Position numbers and translations under genes: made by a program. From assembly GCA_964016885.1 (NCBI GenBank), contig OZ024745.1:45880001-45944000 (forward strand): 64,000 nt of DNA. The letters are read 5' to 3'. Numbering within the stretch: position 1 is the first letter of the stretch; each line of letters starts with the position of its first letter. Positions 13,070 to 24,255 of this stretch are shown here, piece by piece. The stretch comes from Eledone cirrhosa (taxonomy: Eukaryota). The notes beneath the pieces were generated by a model, which did no database searches, had not been told where the DNA came from, and saw nothing but the letters and a program-made list of their open reading frames with translations.

Positions 13070-13275
13070 GACGTGGGTATGAAGGTACATACGATACGTT
13101 TTAGTATAATAAACATATATAAGTCTCGCTATGGGTGTTTTAATCTGTGATCATGTCACAGGCTATTTCACGAATACTGAAATAGCTGAGACATGATCAC
13201 AGATTAAAATACCCACAGCGAGACATATATATTTATTATACATAAACATATCAGTGATACCTTCATATACACCTC
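13070..13275. repeat. Imperfect fold-back, ~95-bp arms with a 7-nt loop
   Basis: gtctcgctatgggtgttttaatctgtgatcatgtc..gctatttca / tgaaatagc..gacatgatcacagattaaaatacccacagcgagac. Confidence 0.85.
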
Positions 13276-13341
13276 TGTAGTGAATCACGCCTTGTTAGTT
13301 ATATTTCTGATTAAGCCTAATTGTATATATACATGAATATG

Positions 13342-13444
13342 TACAGGGTGTTCCGAAAAAATGTATTCACACTTTGATTAACTGTACGACCAATATTTAT
13401 TAGAATGCTGTTGAAGTGTGTATACATTTTTGGGACACCTTGTA
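13342..13444. mobile_element. ~100-bp Tc1/mariner-type MITE
   Basis: TA-CAGGGTGTTCCGAAAAA...TTTTTGGGACACCTTG-TA terminal inverted repeats; related copies at 31143 and 44453. Confidence 0.8.
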
Positions 13445-13454
13445 TATATATATA

Positions 13455-13692
13455 TGTGTGTGTGTGTGTGTGCGTGTTTGTGTGTGTTTGTGTGTCTGTG
13501 TGTGTGTGTGTGTGTTTGTGTGTGTTTGCGTGTGTGTGTGTGTGTTTGTGTGCGTGTGTGTGTGTGCGTGTGTGTGCGTGCGTGTGTGTGTGTGTTTGCG
13601 TGTGTGTGTGTGCGTGTGTGTGCGTGTGTGTGTGTGTGTGCGTGTGTGTGCGTGTGTGTGTGCGTGTGTGTTTGTGTGTGTGCGTGTTTGTG

Positions 13693-13753
<61 letters not shown>

Positions 13754-13876
13754 GTGTTTGTGTTTGTGTGCGTGTGTGTGTGTGCGTGTGTGTGCGTGCG
13801 TGTGTGTGTGTGTGTGTTTGTGTGTGTGCGTGTTTGTGTGTGTGTGTGTGTGTGTTTGTGTGTGTGCGTGTTTGTG

Positions 13877-13912
<36 letters not shown>

Positions 13913-13932
13913 TGTGTGTGTTTGTGTGTGCG
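13455..13932. repeat. Interrupted (GT)n array
   Basis: Direct reading. Confidence 0.97.
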
Positions 13933-14262
13933 TAATGACTATAGCTAGTAAACTAGATATCTAACTAGATTGTCACAGAGCTAACTAGCTAGCCGATTAT
14001 AAAGTTTGTGTTCACATTCCTTCATTGGGATAGCCCGAGTGTGAGTTGACGTAGAAGGAAGGATCTTAGTCGATATGTGATATGTGTAAGTGACAGGTAA
14101 ATACTTAGCTATGTTGCTACCTAATAAGCTAGCTACCTATTTAACTGCCAAGCCATATTAATTGTAGATTCCGATTCGTAGATAGTGTGACAATTGATCA
14201 ATATATATGCTGCTCTTATGTGTGTCTGTGTATGTGTGCGTGTCTGTGCGTGAGTCTATGTG

Positions 14263-14372
<110 letters not shown>

Positions 14373-14454
14373 GTACCATATATAGATACATACATAGAGA
14401 CAGAAAATAAGAGAGGGAGAAATAGCTAGCAAGCAAGCCAGCTAGCTAGATAAC

Positions 14455-14487
<33 letters not shown>

Positions 14488-14678
14488 AGGGAGAGAGAGA
14501 GAGAAAGAGAGAGAGAGAGGTATTTTCACAAATTAATTAAATGAAGCTTGCTGCTAAAGGGAATGAAAGAATGAAGGAGTTAGTGAAATATAAAGAAGCA
14601 ACTATTGAGCAGAGAGTAATAAGGTTAAGGTGTCGTGAGATTACAGTTGTCGGAGACATGAACCATTGCCTACTCCCA

Positions 14679-14763
14679 TTCTTCTTCTTCTTCTTCTTCT
14701 TCTTCTTCTTCTTCTTCTTCTTCTTCTTCTTCTTCTTCTTCTTCTTCTTCTTCTTCTTCTTCT
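14679..14763. repeat. (CTT)n
   Basis: Direct reading. Confidence 0.97.
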
Positions 14764-14945
14764 GTCCCAGGACACCAGTTACACAAGAAATGTTTGCTCT
14801 CACTTTCAGTATATCTACTTACCTCTTACTATCTTCTCTCACTCGCTTTCTCTCTTTCTTCACATAAAGACACATACACAAACACTGATACACACACACA
14901 CTTACACATATATCTATATACATATATGTGTGTGTGAGTATACAT

Positions 14946-14978
<33 letters not shown>

Positions 14979-14980
14979 AG

Positions 14981-15121
14981 AAATTAAAAGATGGTTAAAA
15001 AAGTTCCATATCTTTTAATTTCTTCTTTAATATATACTCCAGTTCTACCAACTGTTGAGTGCTACTTATCTGATATATGCATAGTTTTATTGTTCTACAA
15101 TATTACTCACCTTCTAGATAG

Positions 15122-15163
<42 letters not shown>

Positions 15164-15297
15164 AGAAGGTGAGTAATATTGTAGAACAATAAAACTATGC
15201 ATATATCAGATAAGTAGCACTCAACAGTTGGTAGAACTGGAGTATATATTAAAGAAGAAATTAAAAGATATGGAACTTTTTTAACCATCTTTTAATT

Positions 15298-15298
<1 letters not shown>
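14981..15298. repeat. 136-bp inverted repeat (14981-15116 / 15163-15298) with a microsatellite spacer, flanked by (TA)n
   Basis: Arms read as exact reverse complements; the ORF track gives the same peptide on both strands. Confidence 0.95.
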
Positions 15299-15333
<35 letters not shown>

Positions 15334-15359
15334 TGGGGGGGGGTATAAACTTGTATAAT

Positions 15360-15900
15360 ACGTTTATATACAATAAACATATGAGTAGCCTCGCTGCCGA
15401 AGATTTTTTCCGTAACGAAACGAAATAAGCATTTTTTTCTTCTTTATTTTCCTATATGGATATGTCACCGAGTTTCCATTATATTCTGAGAATGTCAGAT
15501 AGCGTTGTTTCAAGATTTGTTAAACTTTCATCAGTGACTCATAACATGCGTGCATGAAATAGACTATGATTTTTCTAGAATTTTGCGTGATGATCACTCG
15601 CATGAAATACTGATGTACATGTAGCAAATAGAAAACATCGGCTGGAAATAGTCATTTGCATATTGTCCGAGCTTGTCCCAGCGTTTAAGTATAATAGATG
15701 TGTATATGAAAACATATGTAAACGTGTATAATACATTTATATTTAATAAAAAATATGGGTAGCCTCACTGTCGAAGAAAAATATTTATTTTTATCTATTT
15801 TCCTCTATACATATATATAACGTTGCCAGTATGTTGCTAGAGTGTCAGACTTCGTGCTCAAGATTCATTAATCTTTCATCATTAACACTGACTCAAAATC
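15360..15900 (-). mobile_element. Diverged tandem dimer (~350-375-bp period) with a hammerhead-like motif in each unit; possible older retrozyme
   Basis: atatgagtagcctcgctgccgaaga / atatgggtagcctcactgtcgaaga; gtcagat..caagatt..ctttcatca..tgactca present twice. Confidence 0.55.
15494..15538 (-). ncRNA. Type-I hammerhead ribozyme motif (stem III degenerate)
   Basis: Minus strand: gtca CTGATGA aag-tttaacaaat-ctt GAAA caacgcta TC tgac; stem I gtca/tgac, stem II aag/ctt. Confidence 0.6.
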
Positions 15901-15904
15901 TACT

Positions 15905-15938
<34 letters not shown>

Positions 15939-16058
15939 TATAGACATAGAATATTCGAAAATATTCTGTATGTTTATAATAAACATTTTGAAGACCTAAT
16001 CGCTATAGAATAGAATACGTCACGTATTACAATTAGATTCTCGATAAAAGCAAGGGAA

Positions 16059-16101
16059 GTAATCTACGCGTTTCATTCTTATTAGAAATCTTCAGGACTA
16101 C
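16059..16101 (-). ncRNA. Minimal type-I hammerhead ribozyme, copy 1
   Basis: Reverse complement of gtagtc CTGAAGA tttctaataagaat GAAA cgcg TA gattac. Confidence 0.8.
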
Positions 16102-16368
16102 ATATCCAGTGCTTTTATCGAGAATGACACAGCTAGAGACTTATAGAATACTTAGCTGTGTACAGGAACTGGTTTGAAAGAGCGGTTGCCGGTCCGGCAG
16201 AAATTAGAAATTGGAATAAATGCTCTGAAATAGCGATATATATGTGAATATAGACATAGAATATTCGAAAATATTCTGTATGTTTATAATAAACATTTTG
16301 AAGACCTAATCGCTATAGAATAGAATACGTCACGTATTACAATTAGATTCTCGATAAAAGCAAGGGAA

Positions 16369-16411
16369 GTAATCTACGCGTTTCATTCTTATTAGAAATC
16401 TTCAGGACTAC
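16369..16411 (-). ncRNA. Minimal type-I hammerhead ribozyme, copy 2
   Basis: Identical motif 310 bp downstream of copy 1. Confidence 0.8.
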
Positions 16412-16860
16412 ATATCCAGTGCTTTTATCGAGAATGACACAGCTAGAGACTTATAGAATACTTAGCTGTGTACAGGAACTGGTTTGAAAGAGCGGTTGCC
16501 GGTCCGGCAGAAATTAGAAATTGGAATAAATGCTCTGAAATAGCGATATATATGTGAATATAGACATAGAATATTCGAAAATATTCTGTATGTTTATAAT
16601 AAACATTTTGAAGACCTAATCGCTATAGAATAGAATACGTCACGTATTACAATTAGATTCTCAAAATGTTTATTATAAACATACAGAATATTTTCGAATA
16701 TTCTATGTCTATATTCACATATATATCGCTATTTCAGAGCATTTATTCCAATTTCTAATTTCTGCCGGACCGGCAACCGCTCTTTCAAACCAGTTCCTGT
16801 ACACAGCTAAGTATTCTATAAGTCTCTAGCTGTGTCATTCTCGATAAAAGCACTGGATAT

Positions 16861-16903
16861 GTAGTCCTGAAGATTTCTAATAAGAATGAAACGCGTAGAT
16901 TAC
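16861..16903 (+). ncRNA. Minimal type-I hammerhead ribozyme, copy 3
   Basis: Stem I GTAGTC/GATTAC; core CTGAAGA 16867-16873; stem II TTCT/AGAA with AATA loop and a U.U closing mismatch; GAAA 16888-16891; palindromic ACGCGT; predicted cleavage after A16897 (GUA). Confidence 0.8.
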
Positions 16904-17170
16904 TTCCCTTGCTTTTATCGAGAATTTAATTGTAATACGTGACGTATTCTATTCTATAGCGATTAGGTCTTCAAAATGTTTATTATAAACATACAGAATA
17001 TTTTCGAATATTCTATGTCTATATTCACATATATATCGCTATTTCAGAGCATTTATTCCAATTTCTAATTCCTGCCGGACCGGCAACCGCTCTTTCAAAC
17101 CAGTTCCTGTACACAGCTAAGTATTCTATAAGTCTCTAGCTGTGTCATTCTCGATAAAAGCACTGGATAT

Positions 17171-17213
17171 GTAGTCCTGAAGATTTCTAATAAGAATGAA
17201 ACGCGTAGATTAC
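17171..17213 (+). ncRNA. Minimal type-I hammerhead ribozyme, copy 4
   Basis: Identical to copy 3. Confidence 0.8.
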
Positions 17214-17480
17214 TTCCCTTGCTTTTATCGAGAATCTAATTGTAATACGTGACGTATTCTATTCTATAGCGATTAGGTCTTCAAAATGTTTATTATAAAC
17301 ATACAGAATATTTTCGAATATTCTATGTCTATATTCACATATATATCGCTATTTCAGAGCATTTATTCCAATTTCTAATTTCTGCCGGACCGGCAACCGC
17401 TCTTTCAAACCAGTTCCTGTACACAGCTAAGTATTCTATAAGTCTCTAGCTGTGTCATTCTCGATAAAAGCACTGGATAT

Positions 17481-17523
17481 GTAGTCCTGAAGATTTCTAA
17501 TAAGAATGAAACGCGTAGATTAC
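17481..17523 (+). ncRNA. Minimal type-I hammerhead ribozyme, copy 5
   Basis: Identical to copy 3. Confidence 0.8.
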
Positions 17524-17790
17524 TTCCCTTGCTTTTATCGAGAATCTAATTGTAATACGTGACGTATTCTATTCTATAGCGATTAGGTCTTCAAAATGTT
17601 TATTATAAACATACAGAATATTTTCGAATATTCTATGTCTATATTCACATATATATCGCTATTTCAGAGCATTTATTCCAATTTCTAATTTCTGCCGGAC
17701 CGGCAACCGCTCTTTCAAACCAGTTCCTGTACACAGCTAAGTATTCTATAAGTCTCTAGCTGTGTCATTCTCGATAAAAGCACTGGATAT

Positions 17791-17833
17791 GTAGTCCTGA
17801 AGATTTCTAATAAGAATGAAACCCGTAGATTAC
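17791..17833 (+). ncRNA. Minimal type-I hammerhead, copy 6 (stem III palindrome broken, ACGCGT to ACCCGT)
   Basis: G to C at 17823. Confidence 0.7.
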
Positions 17834-17991
17834 TTCCCTTGCTTTTATCGAGAATCTAATTGTAATACGTGACGTATTCTATTCTATAGCGATTAGGTCT
17901 TCAAAATGTTTATTATAAACATACAGAATATTTTCGAATATTCTATGTCTATATTCACATATATATCGCTATTTCAGAGCATTTATTCCAA

Positions 17992-18047
<56 letters not shown>

Positions 18048-18093
18048 GATATTAACAAATGGAAACTATATTTATAAAACCATATTTATTTCA

Positions 18094-18147
18094 TTATACA
18101 TATTTCAAGGACACCAAGTTAAATTATGGTGTGCTTTCATCAGACAA
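18094..18147 (-). ncRNA. Hammerhead-like motif (Penelope-type minimal stem III)
   Basis: Minus strand: ttgt CTGATGA aagcacacca-taatttaact-tggtgtcctt GAAA tatg TA taat, then AATAAA; stem II pairs 9 of 10 bp; stem I weak. Confidence 0.55.
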
Positions 18148-18271
18148 AATATAATATAGATCAGTTTTATAAATAAATATTGACATACCCTTAAAAAATG
18201 CAACCATTACTGTTGGCATATATATATATATATATGCCAAACCGTTTGGATGGGACCACCCATGTAAACTC

Positions 18272-18355
18272 TCATATCTGAAGAAGTGTCGATTAAGATT
18301 CGGGATACGATCGCATGATCAAACCCGAGCTGATTGATATAGAAACATTTATAAT
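18272..18355 (+). ncRNA. Degenerate hammerhead-like motif with a long stem II
   Basis: CTGAAGA 18278-18284; gtgtcgat/attgatat and ttcggg/cccgag pairings; GAAACATTTA then AATAAA. Confidence 0.35.
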
Positions 18356-19366
18356 AAATAATATCAAATATATACTGTATATATAAATAATATCAAATAT
18401 AAAGTTTACAAAAAGCTGCAATTCTTATTGTCACTTTATATACACTCTGCAAAGTACATCCGCCTTAAACTTGGAACACAACCCAACGAGAGATGGGCCC
18501 AGTAACAGCATCAAGTGCTTCGACCAGCGTCGCCGCTAGTAACCACAAGCTACTCAAATACTGACATTGCCATTAGTCGGAGGTCACGCTATGAGTGCCT
18601 TTAATCTATTGTGTCATGAATGCTACTATCACTTGCTCTTATTATCTGGTATACGTAACACCATGGATCTACTGCCTGGCTGTCTTCTGAGTTAACTATT
18701 GGGACACCGTGATTTGGTTCTCTACCTTGAGTATTTGGAATAAATTGAACGTAGCGTTGAAGAAATGTTCCCCTATTTTCATATATTGGATCTACTTCGT
18801 CGAATAAATATTTTCCTAGATTCTGAGGACTGGAGACCGATGGTTCAGTCGAACTCCTGATAAGGCCACGCCATTGAGTTTTTTCATCACAAACTTAATC
18901 CTAATATAAATCCATACAACACGCGACTACGGTTTATGACTAGTTACTTACTTTTTAATTAATTAGTTGCTTTTTAACTAATTACTTAGATTAGAATTAG
19001 AATTCTTCACTTCTCGTAACCATATACTTTTTATAACTCTTTATAACTTTATTTGTTTACTCTTTCTTGGTTTATTTGCTTGGTTTTCTCCTTTTTACTG
19101 GAGTTGCGACCGATAGATAGTATTAGCAATTGGAAAGACCAACGGAAACATTGTTTCCTCGGTCCGATTTGACGAAAATAGATCGTTCTCCTTTTTATAA
19201 TCCTTGTAATCTCTATAGTATTTATAACATTTCACACCACTAAAGTTTATACCCTTTAAGAGATTCCCTGTCAGGCTACGTTGGTTTTGGGCCTGAGACT
19301 ATCACTATCGCAACATAAATAAATGAAATGTAGTTCACTTATTTTCGATCTTCAGGATTACTTTAC

Positions 19367-19579
19367 CCTGGCAGTATCGGTAGAGCGTCAGACACTATGG
19401 TTTGCAGCATAGAGTCATGGCCCTTTACGTTCTGAGTTCAAATCCCAACGAGGTTAACTTTGTCTTTCATTCCTACGGGGTCGATCAAATAAAGTACCAG
19501 TAATGTACTGGGATCGATTTAATCGACTTTCCCCTCCCTCTAAATTGCTGGCCTTGTGTCTATAGTAGAAATCATTATT
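19367..19579 (+). mobile_element. SINE family A, long variant
   Basis: TGGCAGTATCGG, GAGTTCAAATCC, core, extra 'gatcgatttaatcgactttcccctccc' segment, tail gctggccttgtg..gtagaaa. Confidence 0.9.
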
Positions 19580-19661
19580 CATAGTGATCGACTATTGTTG
19601 TAGTCATTTGCGGAGTAACGACTACATTTCAAAATTTCCTAATGTTTCATATGTCAGTCAG

Positions 19662-19744
<83 letters not shown>

Positions 19745-19939
19745 TGTGTGTGTGTGTGTGTGTGTGCGTGCGTGCACGCTTTTGTATGTGTGTCCAGAAA
19801 CTTAGCGTTTCGACAAATAGAATTAGTACCAGGCGTTACATGTGTCGATATAATCAACTGGACCCTTGAATGCACTGCCCCAGTATGGCCGCAGTCGAAA
19901 GACTGAAACAGGTAAAAGGGTAAATGAGTATTTTAGTCT

Positions 19940-20186
19940 TCCTTTCTCACTCTCCCTCTCTCTCGATTTCTCTCGCTCTCTCTCTCACTCTCTTTCTCTC
20001 GCTCTCTCTCTCTCTCTCTCGCTCTCTCTCTCTTGCTCTCCCTCTCTCTCGCTCTCTCTCGCTCTCTCTCTCTCACTCTCTTTCTCTCTCTCTCTCTCTT
20101 TCTCTCTCTCACACTCTCTCTCACTCTCTTTCTCTCGCTCTCTCTCTCTCTCGCTCTCTCTCTCGCTCTCTCTCTCTTGCTCTCTC

Positions 20187-20220
<34 letters not shown>

Positions 20221-20777
20221 CACCTCTCACTACCTTTCACTCTCTTCCTCTCCCTTTCCACAACTGCCTCTCCATCTCTCTCACCACTCGTGTCTTTCCC
20301 TTTTTCTGTCTTTCTCCTTTTTTCTTTCACCTCCCTCTCTCTGTCTCTCCACCTCTGTCTTTACACCCTCATCTCTCTCTCTCCCTCTCTCGATCTCTTG
20401 CTCTTTCTGTAGAACTCTCGACCTCTCGTCCTCTCTCGACCACTTGATCTCTCCCTCCCTCCCACCCTCCCTCTCTCACCTGTACACGTACACACCTGCA
20501 CGTCGTTTCAAGCATATACACCCCACCCACTATTCCCCTTATATTCCTCTCTAACAATTACTTCCATCTTACAATTTCTCTTATCCCCACTCTTCCTTCC
20601 CCTCACTATATACTTCTAGCTTTTCTCCTCTCTTTCTCTTTCCCACCCTGTCTCTACTATCTCGTTCACTCTCTCGCTCTCTCTCCCTTACTCGCTCTAC
20701 TATCTCCTTCATTCGCTATCACTCAAGTCTTTACTCGTTCTCTCTCTCTCCTTCATGCACTCTACCTATCTTTCATT

Positions 20778-20824
<47 letters not shown>
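19940..20824. repeat. (CT)-rich polypyrimidine low-complexity region
   Basis: Direct reading. Confidence 0.9.
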
Positions 20825-20828
<4 letters not shown>

Positions 20829-20936
20829 ACATCCACATTGCAAATCCCTTTCTTCCTAATTTCTGCTCTGTTTTTCCATTCATCTTTCTTTCTATCTTCT
20901 CCCCACCCCACTTCACTTCTATTTTATATCATTAAT

Positions 20937-21120
20937 TGTTTCTACGTTAGGCATAAGGCCAGCAATAACCCAGTACATTACTGGTACTTTATTTTATCGA
21001 CCCCATAAGGATGAAAGGCAAAGTCAACCTCGGCGGGATTTGAACTCAGATCGTAAAGGGACGTAACTATGCTGGAAAGCATGGCGTCCGACCCTACCGA
21101 TACTGCCAATCCACCGCCCC
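20937..21120 (-). mobile_element. SINE family A, full length
   Basis: 13-bp TSD TTATATCATTAAT at 20924-20936 and 21121-21133. Confidence 0.93.
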
Positions 21121-22084
21121 TTATATCATTAATAATAGTTAACTCTCCTGCTCTCACCATCTCCATGGCTTGCCTTCCCTCTTGTAGCCTTTCTATCCAC
21201 CAGTATTTCTTCCCTCTATTTCGTTCTCTTCCTTATTGTCTCTCATCTTCTTCTTTTACTGCTCTGCCTTCTCCTCCTGCTCCTCCTCCGTTTTATTGCT
21301 CGTCATCGACGTCTTTTGCTTTCATTTCTAATAGCTGGAAGGCGAAATAGCTGGTAATGCCGTACAGTGTTGTAATAATATCTTGCCGAGATATTGTAGC
21401 TCGGAATTGGAGTGAACGTCAATCAACCAAACTGTTGTGACAGCTCTAGTTAGGATGAGACGTCCGGCTTTTTCCAACTTTAGCTTGTTTAATACGCTGA
21501 TAAATCGATTTACGGTTGTAGATTTTCCCCTTCACTTACGTCAATCACTTCGAGAGAAGCTTCAGTTTTGCTTGACAAAATATATTCATAAGCTGTAGAT
21601 GGTAGGTGACAGAAGCCGGGACAAAGGGCCATAGGCAAACTGGATGCTTATCTCAACAAGGCAACGAGATATATTCTACATAGTCTGTCAAACTTCTAGA
21701 AATAGCAGTCAATTCTTCCTCCCAAAACTGAAGGAATAAAAAGTTTTATCTCAATCCGCTACGCTGGCTACAATGTTGCTGCTCTTAACATCCCATTAGT
21801 TTTGTTTAAGTTGGGTCTTGAGATGTCCCTAATGTCGTATTAAGTATTAAGTATTGGAAATTCAAATAGATCAAGCAATAAGTAAGTCTAGTGTTTAGGG
21901 TGTTGGACTTACGATCATAATGTCGTGGGTTAGATTCCTGGACCAGGTTCTGTTTTGTGTTCTTGAGAAAAACATTTCATTCCATGTTGTTTGGGGCTTG
22001 AGATAATCACAAATCAACATGTTTTAAAAAGAAACACGTTGCCTAATGTATGTCCGAACTAAGCTATAGCTAGTCTCCGAGTTA

Positions 22085-22530
22085 AACAACAACCAAGTCC
22101 ACCGTGGACTCTTTCGGCCTCCACCCGCTTTCCTGTCGCCACAGTGCCGACCGCCTTCCGCGCCATGCTGCCCTCAACGAGGTCATAAAGCATGGCTTGG
22201 ACGCTGCAGACTTGCCTTCCCAGCTCGAGTCGGTGGGGCTGGACCGAGGGGACGGCAAAAGGCCAGATGGCATGACCATCTTCCCGTTCCGCGGTGGCAA
22301 ACCCCTCGTCTGTGATGCTACTTGCACCGTCACTTTCTCCAGCCGCAACATGGTGCAGTCTGCGACTAACCCAGGTTCTGCTGTACGTCGGGCTGTGGAG
22401 GCCAAACTCTTCAAATACCCGTCGCTCTCCTCGGAAGCTGGAATGGCTTTTCCAGCGCGTCTCCTTTGCCGTCCCCCAGGGTAACGCCTTCTCCATTCTG
22501 TCCGCCGGGGCTGTGGGGAGGCCACCAATA
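22085..22530 (+). pseudogene. C-terminal restriction-like endonuclease fragment of a CRE-clade non-LTR retrotransposon
   Basis: HPLSCRHSADRLPRHAALNEVI...DGKRPDGMTIFPFRGGKPLVCDATC...PGSAV..EAKLFKY; other frame WLFQRVSFAVPQGNAFSIL. Confidence 0.75.
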
Positions 22531-23221
22531 TGATTGAGTGACTTGTCATTTTATCAGTCAGATGTTTTTAGACATCACCCATAAGCAACCTATTAACCAA
22601 GTACCATCTCAATGACACATGAACACTAATGTCTCAGAATTATTGAGGTAATTAATCATTCATCAAATCAATAGTTAAGTATATTTAAATATATTTCGTG
22701 GTTGTTTTAAAATGGCGAATTTGGTACATACTACCAAGAGCTACGATGAGTGAAGCCCTTGGGATTAACTGAATTACTAATATATAGAGCAAAATACCCG
22801 ACAGATGGTTTAAATACAACTCCTGTGAAATGGAAGATAAATCAATACTACATCCGCTTGACCATCTCATTAGCAATATTAAGGGAATTATAAAAATAGT
22901 GTAGAGCTATACACCATAAAACAGGCGTAAGCTCCCGCTGAGTTATTTCCATAACCTAGTTTCAATCCCTAATTGTATCTATTTCCCCCTAATTACATCA
23001 CTAAACTCCATAAGAACAGCATGAATACCATCATTCTCTTTGCTACTCTGCTATAAATCTGAGTTGATATGTTGCTGAAAAGAAATCGATATAGTGTTCT
23101 TATTTTGTTTTACATTCTCCAAAGACAGAAACAAGTTGAGACCTTGTAATATACTTGAGTTGTGTCTGTACATTTTTAGTAAGGAATAACCTTATGCCTA
23201 AATAAAAACAAATCATTAGTC

Positions 23222-23333
<112 letters not shown>

Positions 23334-23982
23334 TGATTGATAGGTAAATAATATTTCATAATAATGTTTTTTTATATGCTGCTTGCTCTTGTTGCAGTTG
23401 TCGTTACTGTTGTTGTTTAGTAGGACTATGATCGAATATTTAATCAAAGAAAATCCACCCACATATCTTTGAATTAAAAAGCCACGTATATAACAGAAGG
23501 TACACCCACTAAAATTAGGAAGTATGAATTGAATAGAAATAAACACACAACATGGCGACTGGTGACAAAATAAATAATATATATAAGAATAAATACGAAC
23601 TCCATCCTCGATAGAATAGTCGAATAGAATAATAACTACCGAGTGTCTTACTATTTTTTTACCCGTCTAACTATTGACTCAGCTAACTGCTATTTACCTA
23701 ACTACTGGTAAAATAATATTTCTATGGGCATTGACAGTCACCCATGCGAAGAATGTGAAATAATCGAAGTAAAGAAACCCAGACAGGCTTGCAGTTGATA
23801 TCATTAACCCCAATACTGGTTGAGAGTTGCTTTATCGAACTATGTCTTATATATAAACATTGGAAGGATGGAAAGCAAACTAGATCTCGAACGTAGAGAG
23901 ACATAGTTAAACACCTAGTTACTTTGACTATTTTGTTACTTTGATTCTGCCGATTTTGTCACCCACTTTTGGTTTGCGCTGA

Positions 23983-24255
23983 AAATTGGCAGAGCAGTGC
24001 GGTATTCGCTCCGGCTCGCTGCGCTCTAAGTTCAAATCCCGCTGAGGTCGATAGAAAAAGTACCAGTCCAGTACTGGGGTTGATTCTTCCTCTATATCTC
24101 TTTCTCAATTCTTCTCTATCACACAGTCTTTCTCCTTCTCTGGAAGAAATCGACTATGTTCAGGCCTAGATGGCCTCCACCTAGTTTTTAAAATGCGCAT
24201 AGAACGTTGTATGTCACTACGGCTTCTTTAAGATTCAGCCAGAAGTTACGGGTTA
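23983..24255 (+). mobile_element. SINE family A (internally deleted) with the alternative tail
   Basis: ttggcagag...agttcaaatcccgctgaggtcgata..aaagtaccagtccagtactgggg; tail as at 53365 and 6288. Confidence 0.6.

Larger units (their letters stand above)
15936..17999. mobile_element. Candidate non-LTR retrozyme: 310-bp unit in two divergent arms (15936-16662 minus-sense, ~2.3 units; 16661-17999 plus-sense, ~4.3 units) inserted in (TA)n
   Basis: Exact 310-bp period; only three substitutions noticed (16926, 17071, 17823); one hammerhead per full unit; (TA)n on both flanks. Confidence 0.85.

Noticed and set aside
18820-18870. Hammerhead candidate CTGAG-gactg..cagtc-GAAC
   Set aside because: Hairpin present, but both core boxes are defective and stems I and III could not be formed
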